NCBI GenBank assembly: GCA_045119035.1 | Contig: JBGVCU010000034.1 | Span: forward strand, 2,626 to 66,625 | Origin: Bacilli bacterium | GTDB taxonomy: Bacteria; Bacillota_I; Bacilli_A; ML615J-28; CAG-313 | Reading direction: 5' to 3' | Length of the DNA: 64,000 nucleotides | Shown: positions 9,133 to 18,879 of the stretch, one piece after another | Layout of the letters: each line of letters starts with the position of its first letter | Numbering within the stretch: the stretch's first letter is position 1 | The notes under the pieces: generated by a model | Told to the model about the DNA's origin: nothing | Database searches by the model: none | The model's input: the letters and a program-made list of their open reading frames with translations, nothing else | Translations under genes and position numbers: made by a program

Positions 9133-11730
9133 TCAAGATGAAATTTCTACATCTGGTTTAATCCCTTGAACTGGAGTAATAATTGATGAATTTTGCTTAA
9201 TTAATGTTTGACAAAATTTACATCTTTTATACACAACTCCACCAATAATGGTTGTACTATTTGGATCAAGAGTGTGTACTTGACGTGATCCGTTTGTTTC
9301 TCCACAGGAACATTTATATATATGATAATTTAATCCATCTGCAACACATTCATAAACACATTCATGTTCAAGTAAAGAAGCAAAAAGAGTAAATTCTCGA
9401 ACTTCTCCATGAAAATTATCTCTTAGACGAATATATACAACTTGATTTTGTTCTAAAAATAAGCTAATTTTAAAATCATGTGTTTGGTCATAATCTTGAT
9501 CATAAGACGCGTCACACATATAATTTATAGAATCATTAGGAACAATACAACTAAATAATTCACCATATAAATCTTCGTAACTCTCTGAATAAAATTCATA
9601 CTCACCATCATAAGGAGCAATAAACTTAAACCACGCTTTTTCATTTAGTTGTAATGAACCTTCATAAGGAATATCATTAACAATATAATTTATGTTTGTT
9701 TTGGAAATTGTTTCTAAAGTTCCATAGTACGGCCCTGTTTCAAATAGTACATCATTAAATCCAAGTACTTGAACATATAATTCGTCGCCACCAAGTTTCA
9801 TGATTTCAATAAAATCTTCTTCTGTTAATCTATATTCAACTTTATCTAATAATGAATTATAGTCTAAATAATCATTATCTTTAATATTTTGAATTTCATA
9901 TATTTGCGTTCTATTTGCAGAATAGAAAATCAAGCTATACTTATTAATTTTTGAAGTATTTAAAGTAGTATTATAATTTGTTTCCCAAGAGAATATATTA
10001 TTTTCATTATTTGTATCTAACATTTCCGGAAAACAAAATTCTTTTGGTGAAAAATTTAAATATACCAACAAATCACTAATTTCATCTAACATACTAAAAT
10101 TTCTAAATAAAAAATTCTCTAAAAATTCACTAAAATTATCTTTTGTTCCTAATAATAGCTTCCAAACTTCATTATATTCAAGATCTATATTTTCAAGATA
10201 TTCAAGCGTGCTATCGGTATATTTTGTAATCATAAGTAAAAAACTAGTGATACCTGCTTCACTGATTTCACCTATATCTGATAAATGAAAATCTTGATTA
10301 GCCCCATTATAAGAATTATATTTAAAATCACCGACATCTTTTATGCCTAAATTACTTAATTCAAAATATAATTGTGTAGATATACCAATATATGACGCAA
10401 TAGCTTCACTATATGCTAATTGTAGTCCGTGTTCCTTACCATGTTCGTCTACCAAGTCTTGACCAAAGTAATGATTACCGCCTGGCATGATTGAAAAACC
10501 GAAGAAATGATCAACATAATGTCCGTACTCATGCATACCTACATCCCAACTAGAATATGAATTAATATCCATTCTAATTATATCATTCATACCACTGAAA
10601 TGGCAACCAGATTGAGTGTTTGGATATATGACAGATATTTGAGGTAGATATTCACCAGACATCTGATAGGCATATTCATATGGATAAATCATCATTTGAG
10701 AAACTTCAAAAGAATTGGTTAATACAGAACCATTTTTATTTATCACTATATCATAATTAATATGGCTACCATTATTTACGTTAATGTATCTACCAATACT
10801 AATTTCATATTTAGAACGAAATAAAGGCGCTACTACCTTACATGCATCATTTTCGGCTACGAATGAAATAAATAAGTCTAAACCATTCGCTTCATTATAA
10901 GAATCATTTTCAATTGTAAAACTAAAATTTCCATTTTCATCAGTTTGTGTTACTGCTAAAAGATCTTTAGAAAATAAATCTTCATCATATAAATAAACAT
11001 AATTATTGATTAAATTATGTATATTGTTATTATTATCATCAATATCTTCGCTATCAGGTTCTTTCCATTTTGAATCTTTCCATTTTATACTTCCTGTAAC
11101 AGTAATACTTTCAGCATTATTAGCAATTGTTATTTCTTCATCACAGGTAATAAAATCTTCTTCATAAACAAAAGACATGTATAGAGTCTCAACTTCATAA
11201 TATGTTTTGGTAAACGTATAATCTTCTGGTGCTTCTAATTTTCCTAAAATAATTAATTCTTCTTCTGATGCTTCAAAATTTGTAAAATATATATCTCTAC
11301 ATTCTTCAATACAAGTTACACTAACACAATCTACTTCTCCATCAGAATAAATATATAACTCTTTACTATATATTACTTCTTCACCATCTTTTACATTCAC
11401 ATCAAAAATATATTCCCCTGCTGTATGAGTATTCTTAAAAGATAAATACGTATTTCCTTCAGTAACTGATATTGTTTGTTCAACAATTTGTGAAGGATGA
11501 GTAATAGATATGCTTTGACTACTATCACTATCACTAGAAATAATATTAAGATTAATATTTTCATTATAATAGACAATATTATTTAATACAATTATTTCAT
11601 AAGATAAATTACCATCACCGTTATTACCCTCTTCGTAATCTACATACACGAGTTCCTCTGCATGTATGTTCGTATAATTTAATACAAATAAAAATAATAA
11701 AAATAATAATACATTTAATAATTTTCTCAT
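9133..11730 (-). CDS. Secreted zinc metallopeptidase-like protein
   Basis: Signal peptide, transthyretin-like TDENGNF domain, HEYGH zinc motif with downstream SEAIA, PPC-like WFKFIAPYDGEY domain, C-terminal His/Cys cluster. Confidence 0.75.
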   Translation of the reverse strand: MRKLLNVLLFLLFLFVLNYTNIHAEELVYVDYEEGNNGDGNLSYEIIVLNNIVYYNENINLNIISSDSDSSQSISITHPSQIVEQTISVTEGNTYLSFKNTHTAGEYIFDVNVKDGEEVIYSKELYIYSDGEVDCVSVTCIEECRDIYFTNFEASEEELIILGKLEAPEDYTFTKTYYEVETLYMSFVYEEDFITCDEEITIANNAESITVTGSIKWKDSKWKEPDSEDIDDNNNNIHNLINNYVYLYDEDLFSKDLLAVTQTDENGNFSFTIENDSYNEANGLDLFISFVAENDACKVVAPLFRSKYEISIGRYINVNNGSHINYDIVINKNGSVLTNSFEVSQMMIYPYEYAYQMSGEYLPQISVIYPNTQSGCHFSGMNDIIRMDINSYSSWDVGMHEYGHYVDHFFGFSIMPGGNHYFGQDLVDEHGKEHGLQLAYSEAIASYIGISTQLYFELSNLGIKDVGDFKYNSYNGANQDFHLSDIGEISEAGITSFLLMITKYTDSTLEYLENIDLEYNEVWKLLLGTKDNFSEFLENFLFRNFSMLDEISDLLVYLNFSPKEFCFPEMLDTNNENNIFSWETNYNTTLNTSKINKYSLIFYSANRTQIYEIQNIKDNDYLDYNSLLDKVEYRLTEEDFIEIMKLGGDELYVQVLGFNDVLFETGPYYGTLETISKTNINYIVNDIPYEGSLQLNEKAWFKFIAPYDGEYEFYSESYEDLYGELFSCIVPNDSINYMCDASYDQDYDQTHDFKISLFLEQNQVVYIRLRDNFHGEVREFTLFASLLEHECVYECVADGLNYHIYKCSCGETNGSRQVHTLDPNSTTIIGGVVYKRCKFCQTLIKQNSSIITPVQGIKPDVEISS

Positions 11731-11809
11731 AAAATCCCCCTTTTTTTATATAAATGTATAATAGTTTCTAGGAAATTATAGTTATTAACTAAGTATATCA
11801 ATTATATAG

Positions 11810-11835
11810 TAAAAAACTCTCCACTGGAGAGTTTT
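11810..11835 (-). terminator. Terminator-like hairpin inside the protease 5' leader
   Basis: AAAACTCTCC-agt-GGAGAGTTTTTT between the promoter and the ATG at 11730. Confidence 0.5.
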
Positions 11836-11860
11836 ATTTTTATAATTTCCCCACATCATA

Positions 11861-11890
11861 ATTATATCATATTAGAAAAATTTCTGTCAA
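11861..11890 (-). promoter_or_regulatory. sigma-A promoter upstream of the protease
   Basis: TTGACA(11890-11885)-18 bp-TATAAT(11866-11861) with extended TG. Confidence 0.65.
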
Positions 11891-12017
11891 TAGAATAAAT
11901 AATCATTTATGAATTTTGTCGCATTTCTTTTTATCAAAGAATTAACATACTTTATAAACAATGAGTTTCACTTAAATTAATTTTTAATTATATTAATAAA
12001 TAATAAAATACTTAAAC

Positions 12018-12045
12018 AAAAAGGAACAAAATAATTCGTTCCTTT
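12018..12045 (-). terminator. Intrinsic terminator, near copy of the yebC terminator
   Basis: AAAGGAAC...GTTCCTTT hairpin; 24/28 identical to 13627-13654. Confidence 0.7.
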
Positions 12046-12068
12046 ATCTACAAAATTAATAATTTGTA

Positions 12069-12440
12069 TTAATCTTTAATTTCTTTGGGAATAGTATAAT
12101 CATAGTAGTAATGAACAATAAAGGCACCATCAATTACTTCACCATCGATAATTAAAGAAATTCCAAATCTCTTAAAATAATCAGATCTAACAGTTTGATC
12201 AAATGAATAGGTAAGTTCAACATTTGTAAAACTTATAAAATCCTAATCTAATATATCAATAGATAATGATTTATTTTAATCGAATAAACTATTCGGTTCT
12301 GCAATATTCTTTTTATATATTATAGAAAATAAATCTTTAGTAGGAATAAAAATTATATCAACAGGAGTATCTTCTAAATCAGTACACGCATCTAAAAACA
12401 GATTTAACAAAAAAATAAACAAGAATGATTTAATAATAGT
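12069..12440 (-). pseudogene. Decayed third paralog of the array lipoproteins
   Basis: TIIKSFLFIFLLNLFLDAC...PVDIIFIPTKDLFSIIYKK / PNSLFD*NKSLSIDILD*...DGEVIDGAFIV matches 8511-9071; internal deletion, frameshift and two stops. Confidence 0.85.
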
Positions 12441-13346
12441 TTATTTATGAACTTTATTATATTTTCTTTCCCCTAGTTTTATAGATATATAATAACTAAG
12501 CGCAAAGTATCCAATTAATGAAATTGCAATTACTGGGCCTTTCAAGCTAAATAGTGCAGTTAATGCGATTAATGTTGGAATACCTATTAATAATAGTAAT
12601 AATAAATATGTTTTTGAAAAATCTTTTGATGATTTATTATATTCAATATACCATTTAGGTAAATATTTTATTCCACCAAGTACAGAATCAATTATTTCAA
12701 AATATTTTAAATCTCTTGTAATTTCTTCTTCACTTATAGTTACAGAGTAATCTAAATTAGGTAAATGTATTAAGAAAGCTTTAATTTTTCTTTCCATTAA
12801 CTCATTATTATATTTTAATACTAAATCCTCATGAGTAAATGTATTTAAATCGATATTTAATGAAGTTACTAAATCATTAGGAATTTTCACCACTACAGCA
12901 TTTCTTCTGCATACTAATTTGTCACTTGTAAGATATATATCATCATCATATTCAACAACTAAAGTATGATCTTCTTTTTCTAAATAATATTTAGGGAAAG
13001 TACCTAAAAAGTTTCTATTTTTAAATTCGATATTAATTTTTTCTTTTAATTCTTTATTTAGATCTTTTTCAAATTCAATATATTTATTTGCATTTTCTTT
13101 TATTTCATTAAATGCAAATTTTATATCATTAAAATCTTTAACTTCTTGTTCTTTAAAAATAACTGGTAATTGTTCTTGATACATTGTTTTATCGCTTCTA
13201 TGTACATACATTAAAAATTCTTTTACTTGAAAATATAAATCCTCTAATTCTTTTTCTGAATAATTATCAAATTTATCTATATTTTTAAAGAATAAATTAT
13301 TAACCTGCAGGTGTGCTTTATATTTATAAATATCTTGTTTTTCCAT
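12441..13346 (-). CDS. Hypothetical protein with two C-terminal TM helices
   Basis: 301-aa ORF, AAGGAG RBS, own consensus promoter. Confidence 0.7.
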   Translation of the reverse strand: MEKQDIYKYKAHLQVNNLFFKNIDKFDNYSEKELEDLYFQVKEFLMYVHRSDKTMYQEQLPVIFKEQEVKDFNDIKFAFNEIKENANKYIEFEKDLNKELKEKINIEFKNRNFLGTFPKYYLEKEDHTLVVEYDDDIYLTSDKLVCRRNAVVVKIPNDLVTSLNIDLNTFTHEDLVLKYNNELMERKIKAFLIHLPNLDYSVTISEEEITRDLKYFEIIDSVLGGIKYLPKWYIEYNKSSKDFSKTYLLLLLLIGIPTLIALTALFSLKGPVIAISLIGYFALSYYISIKLGERKYNKVHK

Positions 13347-13446
13347 AAAATATACTCCTTTATTTTAATTTATTTTGTTCAATCTCTATTAATATTAATA
13401 TATGTAACAAAAGATAAAACTAGTTATTTTAAACAATTACAAGCTA

Positions 13447-13475
13447 ATTATATCAAATAAAAAATACATTGTCAA
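13447..13475 (-). promoter_or_regulatory. Consensus sigma-A promoter
   Basis: TTGACA-17 bp-TATAAT with extended TG. Confidence 0.8.
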
Positions 13476-13625
13476 TGTTTTTTATAAAAGAAGAAGAATG
13501 TATAAAAATAATTTAAGAGTTAAAAACCATTTATATTCTAATTGAGCAAGTTACATGTTTTCCATGTAGCCGCACAATATTAACGAAGTGTAATATACAG
13601 TATATAAAAATATATATTTTATTAT

Positions 13626-13654
13626 AAAAAAGGAACGAATTTAATCGTTCCTTT
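13626..13654 (-). terminator. yebC terminator
   Basis: AAAGGAACGA-atttaa-TCGTTCCTTT hairpin with U-tract. Confidence 0.8.
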
Positions 13655-13658
13655 GAAA

Positions 13659-14402
13659 TTATTCTTCATCAAATTCTTCTTCTAAACCTTCAACGCTATG
13701 ATAGATATCTTGAACATCTTCAATGTCATCTAATAATTCCATTAAACGATGGAAATGTCTAATATCATCTTCATCTTCAAGTTTAGTATAAGTTTCTGGA
13801 AGTAATGTAGTTTTATCAACTAAGAATTCTACATCTGGCATAGCATCAACTAATGCTTGTCTGATTTTTGAATATTCAGTATTAGGTGCATAAACACTTG
13901 TAATTCCATCTTCTAATTCAACATCAGTAACATCACAATCTGCCATGATTAATGTATCTAAAGTTTCTTCATCATTTAATCCTTTGAAAGAGAAAATTGC
14001 TGTATTTGTAAACATATGTGCAACACTTCCTGGAGCACCTAGTTTAAATCCAACTTTAGTAACAGCAACACGTACTGCTGTATAAGTTCTATTAACATTG
14101 TCTGTTAAACAGTCAATAATAAACATTGAGTTATTAGGACCAAAAGCTTCATATCTAATTGGTGAATAGTTTTCTTGAGATCCACCTTTTGCTTTTTCGA
14201 TAGCTCTTTTAATAACGTCAGCTGTAACTTGTTCTTTTTTAGCTTTTTCAATTTCTTTTTTTAATGGTTGGTTAAGGTCTGGGTCAGGAACACCAGCTTT
14301 TGCTGCCATATAAATGATTTTACTCCATTTATTGTTTAATTTAGATTTTGCTGCGGCTGTTTTTGCCATAGAGGCTGCTCTTACTTCATGAGCTCTTCCC
14401 AT
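13659..14402 (-). CDS. yebC: YebC/PmpR family protein
   Basis: MGRAH start after AAGGAG, PDPDLN, YEAFGP, LTDNVNRT, DIEDVQDIYH. Confidence 0.95.
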   Translation of the reverse strand: MGRAHEVRAASMAKTAAAKSKLNNKWSKIIYMAAKAGVPDPDLNQPLKKEIEKAKKEQVTADVIKRAIEKAKGGSQENYSPIRYEAFGPNNSMFIIDCLTDNVNRTYTAVRVAVTKVGFKLGAPGSVAHMFTNTAIFSFKGLNDEETLDTLIMADCDVTDVELEDGITSVYAPNTEYSKIRQALVDAMPDVEFLVDKTTLLPETYTKLEDEDDIRHFHRLMELLDDIEDVQDIYHSVEGLEEEFDEE

Positions 14403-14479
14403 ATCTGTCACTCCTTTGTTATTTAATAAATCTTTAGTATTATAACATTTTTTTGTATTTTTTTAAAGTAATATACTTT

Positions 14480-15445
14480 TTATAGTTTTCTATTGCTGTT
14501 TATCATTATTATTCTTTCAAAATCTTCATAGATAAAATCAAATAATTCATTGTTATTAATATATGTTAAATCAATTGAATAGTTATAATTTGATAAAGAT
14601 TTTTTTAATATCTCATATAACATTAAATTACCTACTTCAATTTTTTGATAGATTCCTTTTTCAAATATTGAATCAAAATACATTGACAAATGGTTCATAT
14701 TTAATTCATTTAATGCAAGTGGTGTTAAAAGTTTCTTTTCTGTTTCATCGTAACTAGATATAATGATTCGAAACTCACTTGGTACAATCGGTCCTAAATA
14801 TCGCATACTAATATTTAATGATTTTTTTAGAAGTTTTTTATTCTTTTTTATTTCGAAAATCGGAAAATATAATTTATTCTTTAAATTAACCATATATAAT
14901 TGTGGTTTAATAAATTTAATTTTATTATTTGTATAGAATAATAAAGATCCTTCTTTTATATTTACTCTATTAATATCAATATAATTAAATAAACTAATTA
15001 ATTCATCTAAGATAATTTCTAAATTTTTAAAGTCTTCTTCTTTTAAAATCTCTAATTCTTTATTAATATTTTTATACTCAAATGAACAATATAAATCATT
15101 ATTATTTAATTTCACATTGTTTTGATTATATATATCTTTCATTTTGTTATCTAACATTGAAGCATAAATATATTCTAGTATATATACTGATGATTCATTA
15201 TAAAAAGACTTTTTAATTCCATCTAATAGATATATATTTTTTTGTTCTTTTGCTTTTTCAAGATATTCCAAATATAAATAACTACTTAAATTATCTGGAT
15301 ATATTTTTATTATGTTATTTTTTATTTCAATTGTATATGTGACATCATCTATTTCTATAACAACAATGTTGTCAATATTAATATTTTTCCATGGTGCTAA
15401 ATCTTGAATAATATTACTTTTATTAATTAAATCTTTATATAACAT
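14480..15445 (-). CDS. Hypothetical protein, probably co-transcribed with the helicase operon
   Basis: 321-aa ORF 23 bp after the helicase stop, GGGGG RBS; N-terminal LAPWK motif. Confidence 0.65.
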   Translation of the reverse strand: MLYKDLINKSNIIQDLAPWKNINIDNIVVIEIDDVTYTIEIKNNIIKIYPDNLSSYLYLEYLEKAKEQKNIYLLDGIKKSFYNESSVYILEYIYASMLDNKMKDIYNQNNVKLNNNDLYCSFEYKNINKELEILKEEDFKNLEIILDELISLFNYIDINRVNIKEGSLLFYTNNKIKFIKPQLYMVNLKNKLYFPIFEIKKNKKLLKKSLNISMRYLGPIVPSEFRIIISSYDETEKKLLTPLALNELNMNHLSMYFDSIFEKGIYQKIEVGNLMLYEILKKSLSNYNYSIDLTYINNNELFDFIYEDFERIIMINSNRKL

Positions 15446-15468
15446 AATAGTACCCCCTTTTATATTAG

Positions 15469-17568
15469 TTATTTAAAAATCTTTTTTAAATTTTTTATAT
15501 CTAAGTAATTTTCTTTAAAAGCTTTTTTTAGTAATTGTTCTGGTATATATTCATCATATTTACCTTTTTTACTAAAATTTAAATCAAATTTAAATTCAGT
15601 ATCTTCATTAATATTATTAATATATTCTAATACATCATATAAATTATTTGTATTAATTTTTATACCAAGTGGAATGAAACCTTCAAAAATTGGTTTTACA
15701 ATAAATTTTGAATTTAACAAATAATATAATGTTAAGAAATTTTTTGTACCTAAAAAAGGCATTAAAATAAATTCGTTATTTTGCGATTGTATAAAATAAT
15801 CACATATAAATTCATATTGATTAAAAACATTAAAACATTCTTGATATTTATCGTTTGCACTTTTTGATAAAAATTTAAAATCATATTTATATGATAAAAT
15901 ATCTTTTAAATTTTTCATTACTTCATCATCGATAATTGTTAATCCACTACTTTCCCAAGATGTATCTTGATATTTTGTAGTTTCTTTTACATTAATTGTT
16001 TTAGTTTTTGTGTTTACTTCAATTATTTCCCAACTAGATCCTGCTAAATTAAATGTAGATCCAATTGGTAATTTCTTTTGAATTGATCCTATTAATTTCC
16101 CATTAAAAATAACTTCATAATCTTTCTCTGTTTTAAAAGTAGAATAGAATTCAAAATTATTAACTATTTGTTCACCTTCACTTGCTAAATATAAACCATT
16201 GTTTGAAACTTCTATTAGTTCACATTTTATTAAGTAATTTAATAATAGTTTATAATCTTCTTGTGTGATATTACTAAAAACAGATATTGTTAATAATATA
16301 CTTGCTAATTTTTTTGGTAATATACCTGGATTATTATGTATTACACTTAATGTCTGATGAACAAGTGTGCTATATGGATATTTATCAATTGAAATTTCTT
16401 CTAAATGTCTTGTTTTAATATATAAAGATATTAAACTAATTGCATACATGAAATTCCATGAAAAAGAATCATCACCAAGTTCATTTTTAAAACAGAAACA
16501 CATTTCTTTAATACCATTAGTTCTTCCTGTTCTTCCTAAACGTTGAACAAAACTTGAAATAGAAAGAGGAGTATCAATTTGAATTACACGCTCTAATGTT
16601 CCAAGATCAATTCCAAGTTCAAGTGTCATTGTAGCTACAGCTGATATTGGCATATCTTCTTTTTTCATTTTTAATTCTACTTCATCTCTTAATGTTTTTG
16701 ATATATTACCATGATGCACTAAAATATAGTTATTTCCGTTTATATCTTTATTAATCTTTTTTAGATTATGAGCTGTTTTTTCTACTTCTTTTTTAGAATT
16801 TGCAAAGACAATACACTTTCTTCCATTAATTAATTGATAGATATATTTATAATATTTTTTTTCATCACTAATACTTTCAACATTATTATATAACATTAAA
16901 ATGTTGGATTTTGTCGAATTTTGTAAATTAGTTAAAATTTTTGAAAATTTTTTAGAACTTATAAAATTTGCTGCATTTTCTAAGTTACCAATAGTTGCAC
17001 TTAAACCAATTCTTCTTATTGATTTATTTAATATTTTTTCTAATCTTTCTATTAAACTCATCATATGAATTCCACGAGATGAATCTAAGAAATAATGAAC
17101 TTCATCAATTACAACAAAGTCTAAATTTTTAAAAATTGTTGGTATTTCTGATGTATGATTTAAAAATAAAGACTCTATTGATTCTGGGGTAATTTGTAAT
17201 ATAATATTATCTGTATTTAATGCTTTTTCTTTCTGATATGAACTTACATCTCCGTGCCATCTAAACACTTTGATATTTCCTTTTTCTAAAGATTCTGATA
17301 ATCTTAAAAATTGATCGTTAATAAGTGCTTTTAATGGACTAATATATAATGTTACAATACCTTGTTTTGGATTATTATACATTTTAGTTATAATTGGAAA
17401 TAGGGCAGCTTCCGTTTTACCAGAAGCAGTTGGAGATGCAATTAAACAATTTTCATCTGAATTTAAGATAACTTCAGCTGCATCAAGCTGAATAGGGCGA
17501 AGTGATTGCCACTCTTGTTTATATATATACTCCTGAATAAAAGGAGCAAAATCTTTTATTGAAATCAT
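15469..17568 (-). CDS. Lhr-like SF2 DEAD/DEAH helicase (BrxHI-like)
   Basis: SPTASGKT, SPLKALINDQ, DEVH, GLSAT, TLELGIDLG, QRLGRTGR. Confidence 0.92.
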   Translation of the reverse strand: MISIKDFAPFIQEYIYKQEWQSLRPIQLDAAEVILNSDENCLIASPTASGKTEAALFPIITKMYNNPKQGIVTLYISPLKALINDQFLRLSESLEKGNIKVFRWHGDVSSYQKEKALNTDNIILQITPESIESLFLNHTSEIPTIFKNLDFVVIDEVHYFLDSSRGIHMMSLIERLEKILNKSIRRIGLSATIGNLENAANFISSKKFSKILTNLQNSTKSNILMLYNNVESISDEKKYYKYIYQLINGRKCIVFANSKKEVEKTAHNLKKINKDINGNNYILVHHGNISKTLRDEVELKMKKEDMPISAVATMTLELGIDLGTLERVIQIDTPLSISSFVQRLGRTGRTNGIKEMCFCFKNELGDDSFSWNFMYAISLISLYIKTRHLEEISIDKYPYSTLVHQTLSVIHNNPGILPKKLASILLTISVFSNITQEDYKLLLNYLIKCELIEVSNNGLYLASEGEQIVNNFEFYSTFKTEKDYEVIFNGKLIGSIQKKLPIGSTFNLAGSSWEIIEVNTKTKTINVKETTKYQDTSWESSGLTIIDDEVMKNLKDILSYKYDFKFLSKSANDKYQECFNVFNQYEFICDYFIQSQNNEFILMPFLGTKNFLTLYYLLNSKFIVKPIFEGFIPLGIKINTNNLYDVLEYINNINEDTEFKFDLNFSKKGKYDEYIPEQLLKKAFKENYLDIKNLKKIFK

Positions 17569-18875
17569 AGTTCAAATTCAGCAAAATCTTCAATTTCTTC
17601 TTCAAATGATGCGAATTGGAAGTTATCTTTTTGAATAATTTCTTTAATTGTTTTTTGAGGATATTGATATAAAATATTTAATATTTCAATAAAGTCTCTT
17701 ATTACTTCACGTGGAGTAATATATGAAGTTGTACCAACTCTTGAATATTCTATTTTAATAAATTCAGCAATCTCAGTTGTTGATAGTTTTACCGAATAAT
17801 TATTAAGCTTACCATGTATAATAGCAATCTTTTCAAGCAAAATTAACATTTCTTCATAATTAAGAGGTTTTAATTCAATAATAGGAGCTAATATATCTCT
17901 AATTTCACTTGATGTAAATCTACTAGATTTAAGACGAGATTTTAACGCTTCATAGCTAAATAATCCACGTCTATTATCTTCTATACATTCTGGAGTTCCA
18001 CCCATTATAAATCCTAGATGTTTTGCTTTTCCTTGAAGTGTATCATTATACATCATTAAAATCATTTCATAGTTTTGTTGACGAGTAACACTATGTGGTA
18101 TTTTATATATATTTACAAGTTCATCAATTAAAATTAATAATCCTGTATATCCTGCATTTACAACAAATGCCGCAAGTAATTTTAAATAATCATACCAATT
18201 ACTATCGTTAATTATATTCGAAATACCTAAATCTTGTTTAGCTTCTGATTTTAATCTATATTCACCACGAATAAATCTTAAAACTTTTTGCATTGTATCT
18301 TGATCATCATCCATATATGCATGGTAATATTTTAATAATATTTTAGCAAAATCAAATCCATTAACATTTTCTTGTAATACATCTACTACTTTATAGATTT
18401 TAATTTCTAAATATTTCTTAAAATTTTCATTATCTTTTGTAATACTATTTTCTTCCATAACTTGTATTTGAAGATTATTTAACCATTTTTGAAGCAGTAA
18501 ATTTAGTGCTCCACCTTCAGGTTTTGTTTTTGTAGACATATTTTTTATTAATTCTTTATATGTAGCAAGACCTTGATTATGGTTTCCGTAAAATCTTCTA
18601 CTAGGAGAAAGATCGGCATCAACTACAACAAAAGAAGAATCAAGTGCATATGATTTCATCATTTGAAGTAGAAAACTTTTTCCACTACCATATCTACCAA
18701 CAATGAAACGACATGTTGCACCACCTGCTTTTATTGTTTCAATATCTGAAAGTAAAGAATTAATTTCATCTTTTCTTCCTACAGATATATAAGGTAGACC
18801 TACGCGAGGAACTACTCCTCCTTTTAAAGAGTTAAGTAAACCACTAGCTATACGAACAGGAATTTTTTCAGTCAT
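17565..18875 (-). CDS. DUF2791/BrxD-family P-loop ATPase
   Basis: SLKGGVVPRVGL..VGR N-terminus, GRYGSGKS, LILIDEL, SYEALKSRL, TPREVIRDF. Confidence 0.9.
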   Translation of the reverse strand: MTEKIPVRIASGLLNSLKGGVVPRVGLPYISVGRKDEINSLLSDIETIKAGGATCRFIVGRYGSGKSFLLQMMKSYALDSSFVVVDADLSPSRRFYGNHNQGLATYKELIKNMSTKTKPEGGALNLLLQKWLNNLQIQVMEENSITKDNENFKKYLEIKIYKVVDVLQENVNGFDFAKILLKYYHAYMDDDQDTMQKVLRFIRGEYRLKSEAKQDLGISNIINDSNWYDYLKLLAAFVVNAGYTGLLILIDELVNIYKIPHSVTRQQNYEMILMMYNDTLQGKAKHLGFIMGGTPECIEDNRRGLFSYEALKSRLKSSRFTSSEIRDILAPIIELKPLNYEEMLILLEKIAIIHGKLNNYSVKLSTTEIAEFIKIEYSRVGTTSYITPREVIRDFIEILNILYQYPQKTIKEIIQKDNFQFASFEEEIEDFAEFEL

Positions 18876-18879
18876 AAAT

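Noticed and set aside
13480-13625. Slightly GC-richer intergenic patch with a GTTACATG/CATGTAGC hairpin
   Set aside because: No recognisable ncRNA motif and no convincing translated similarity to the array genes.
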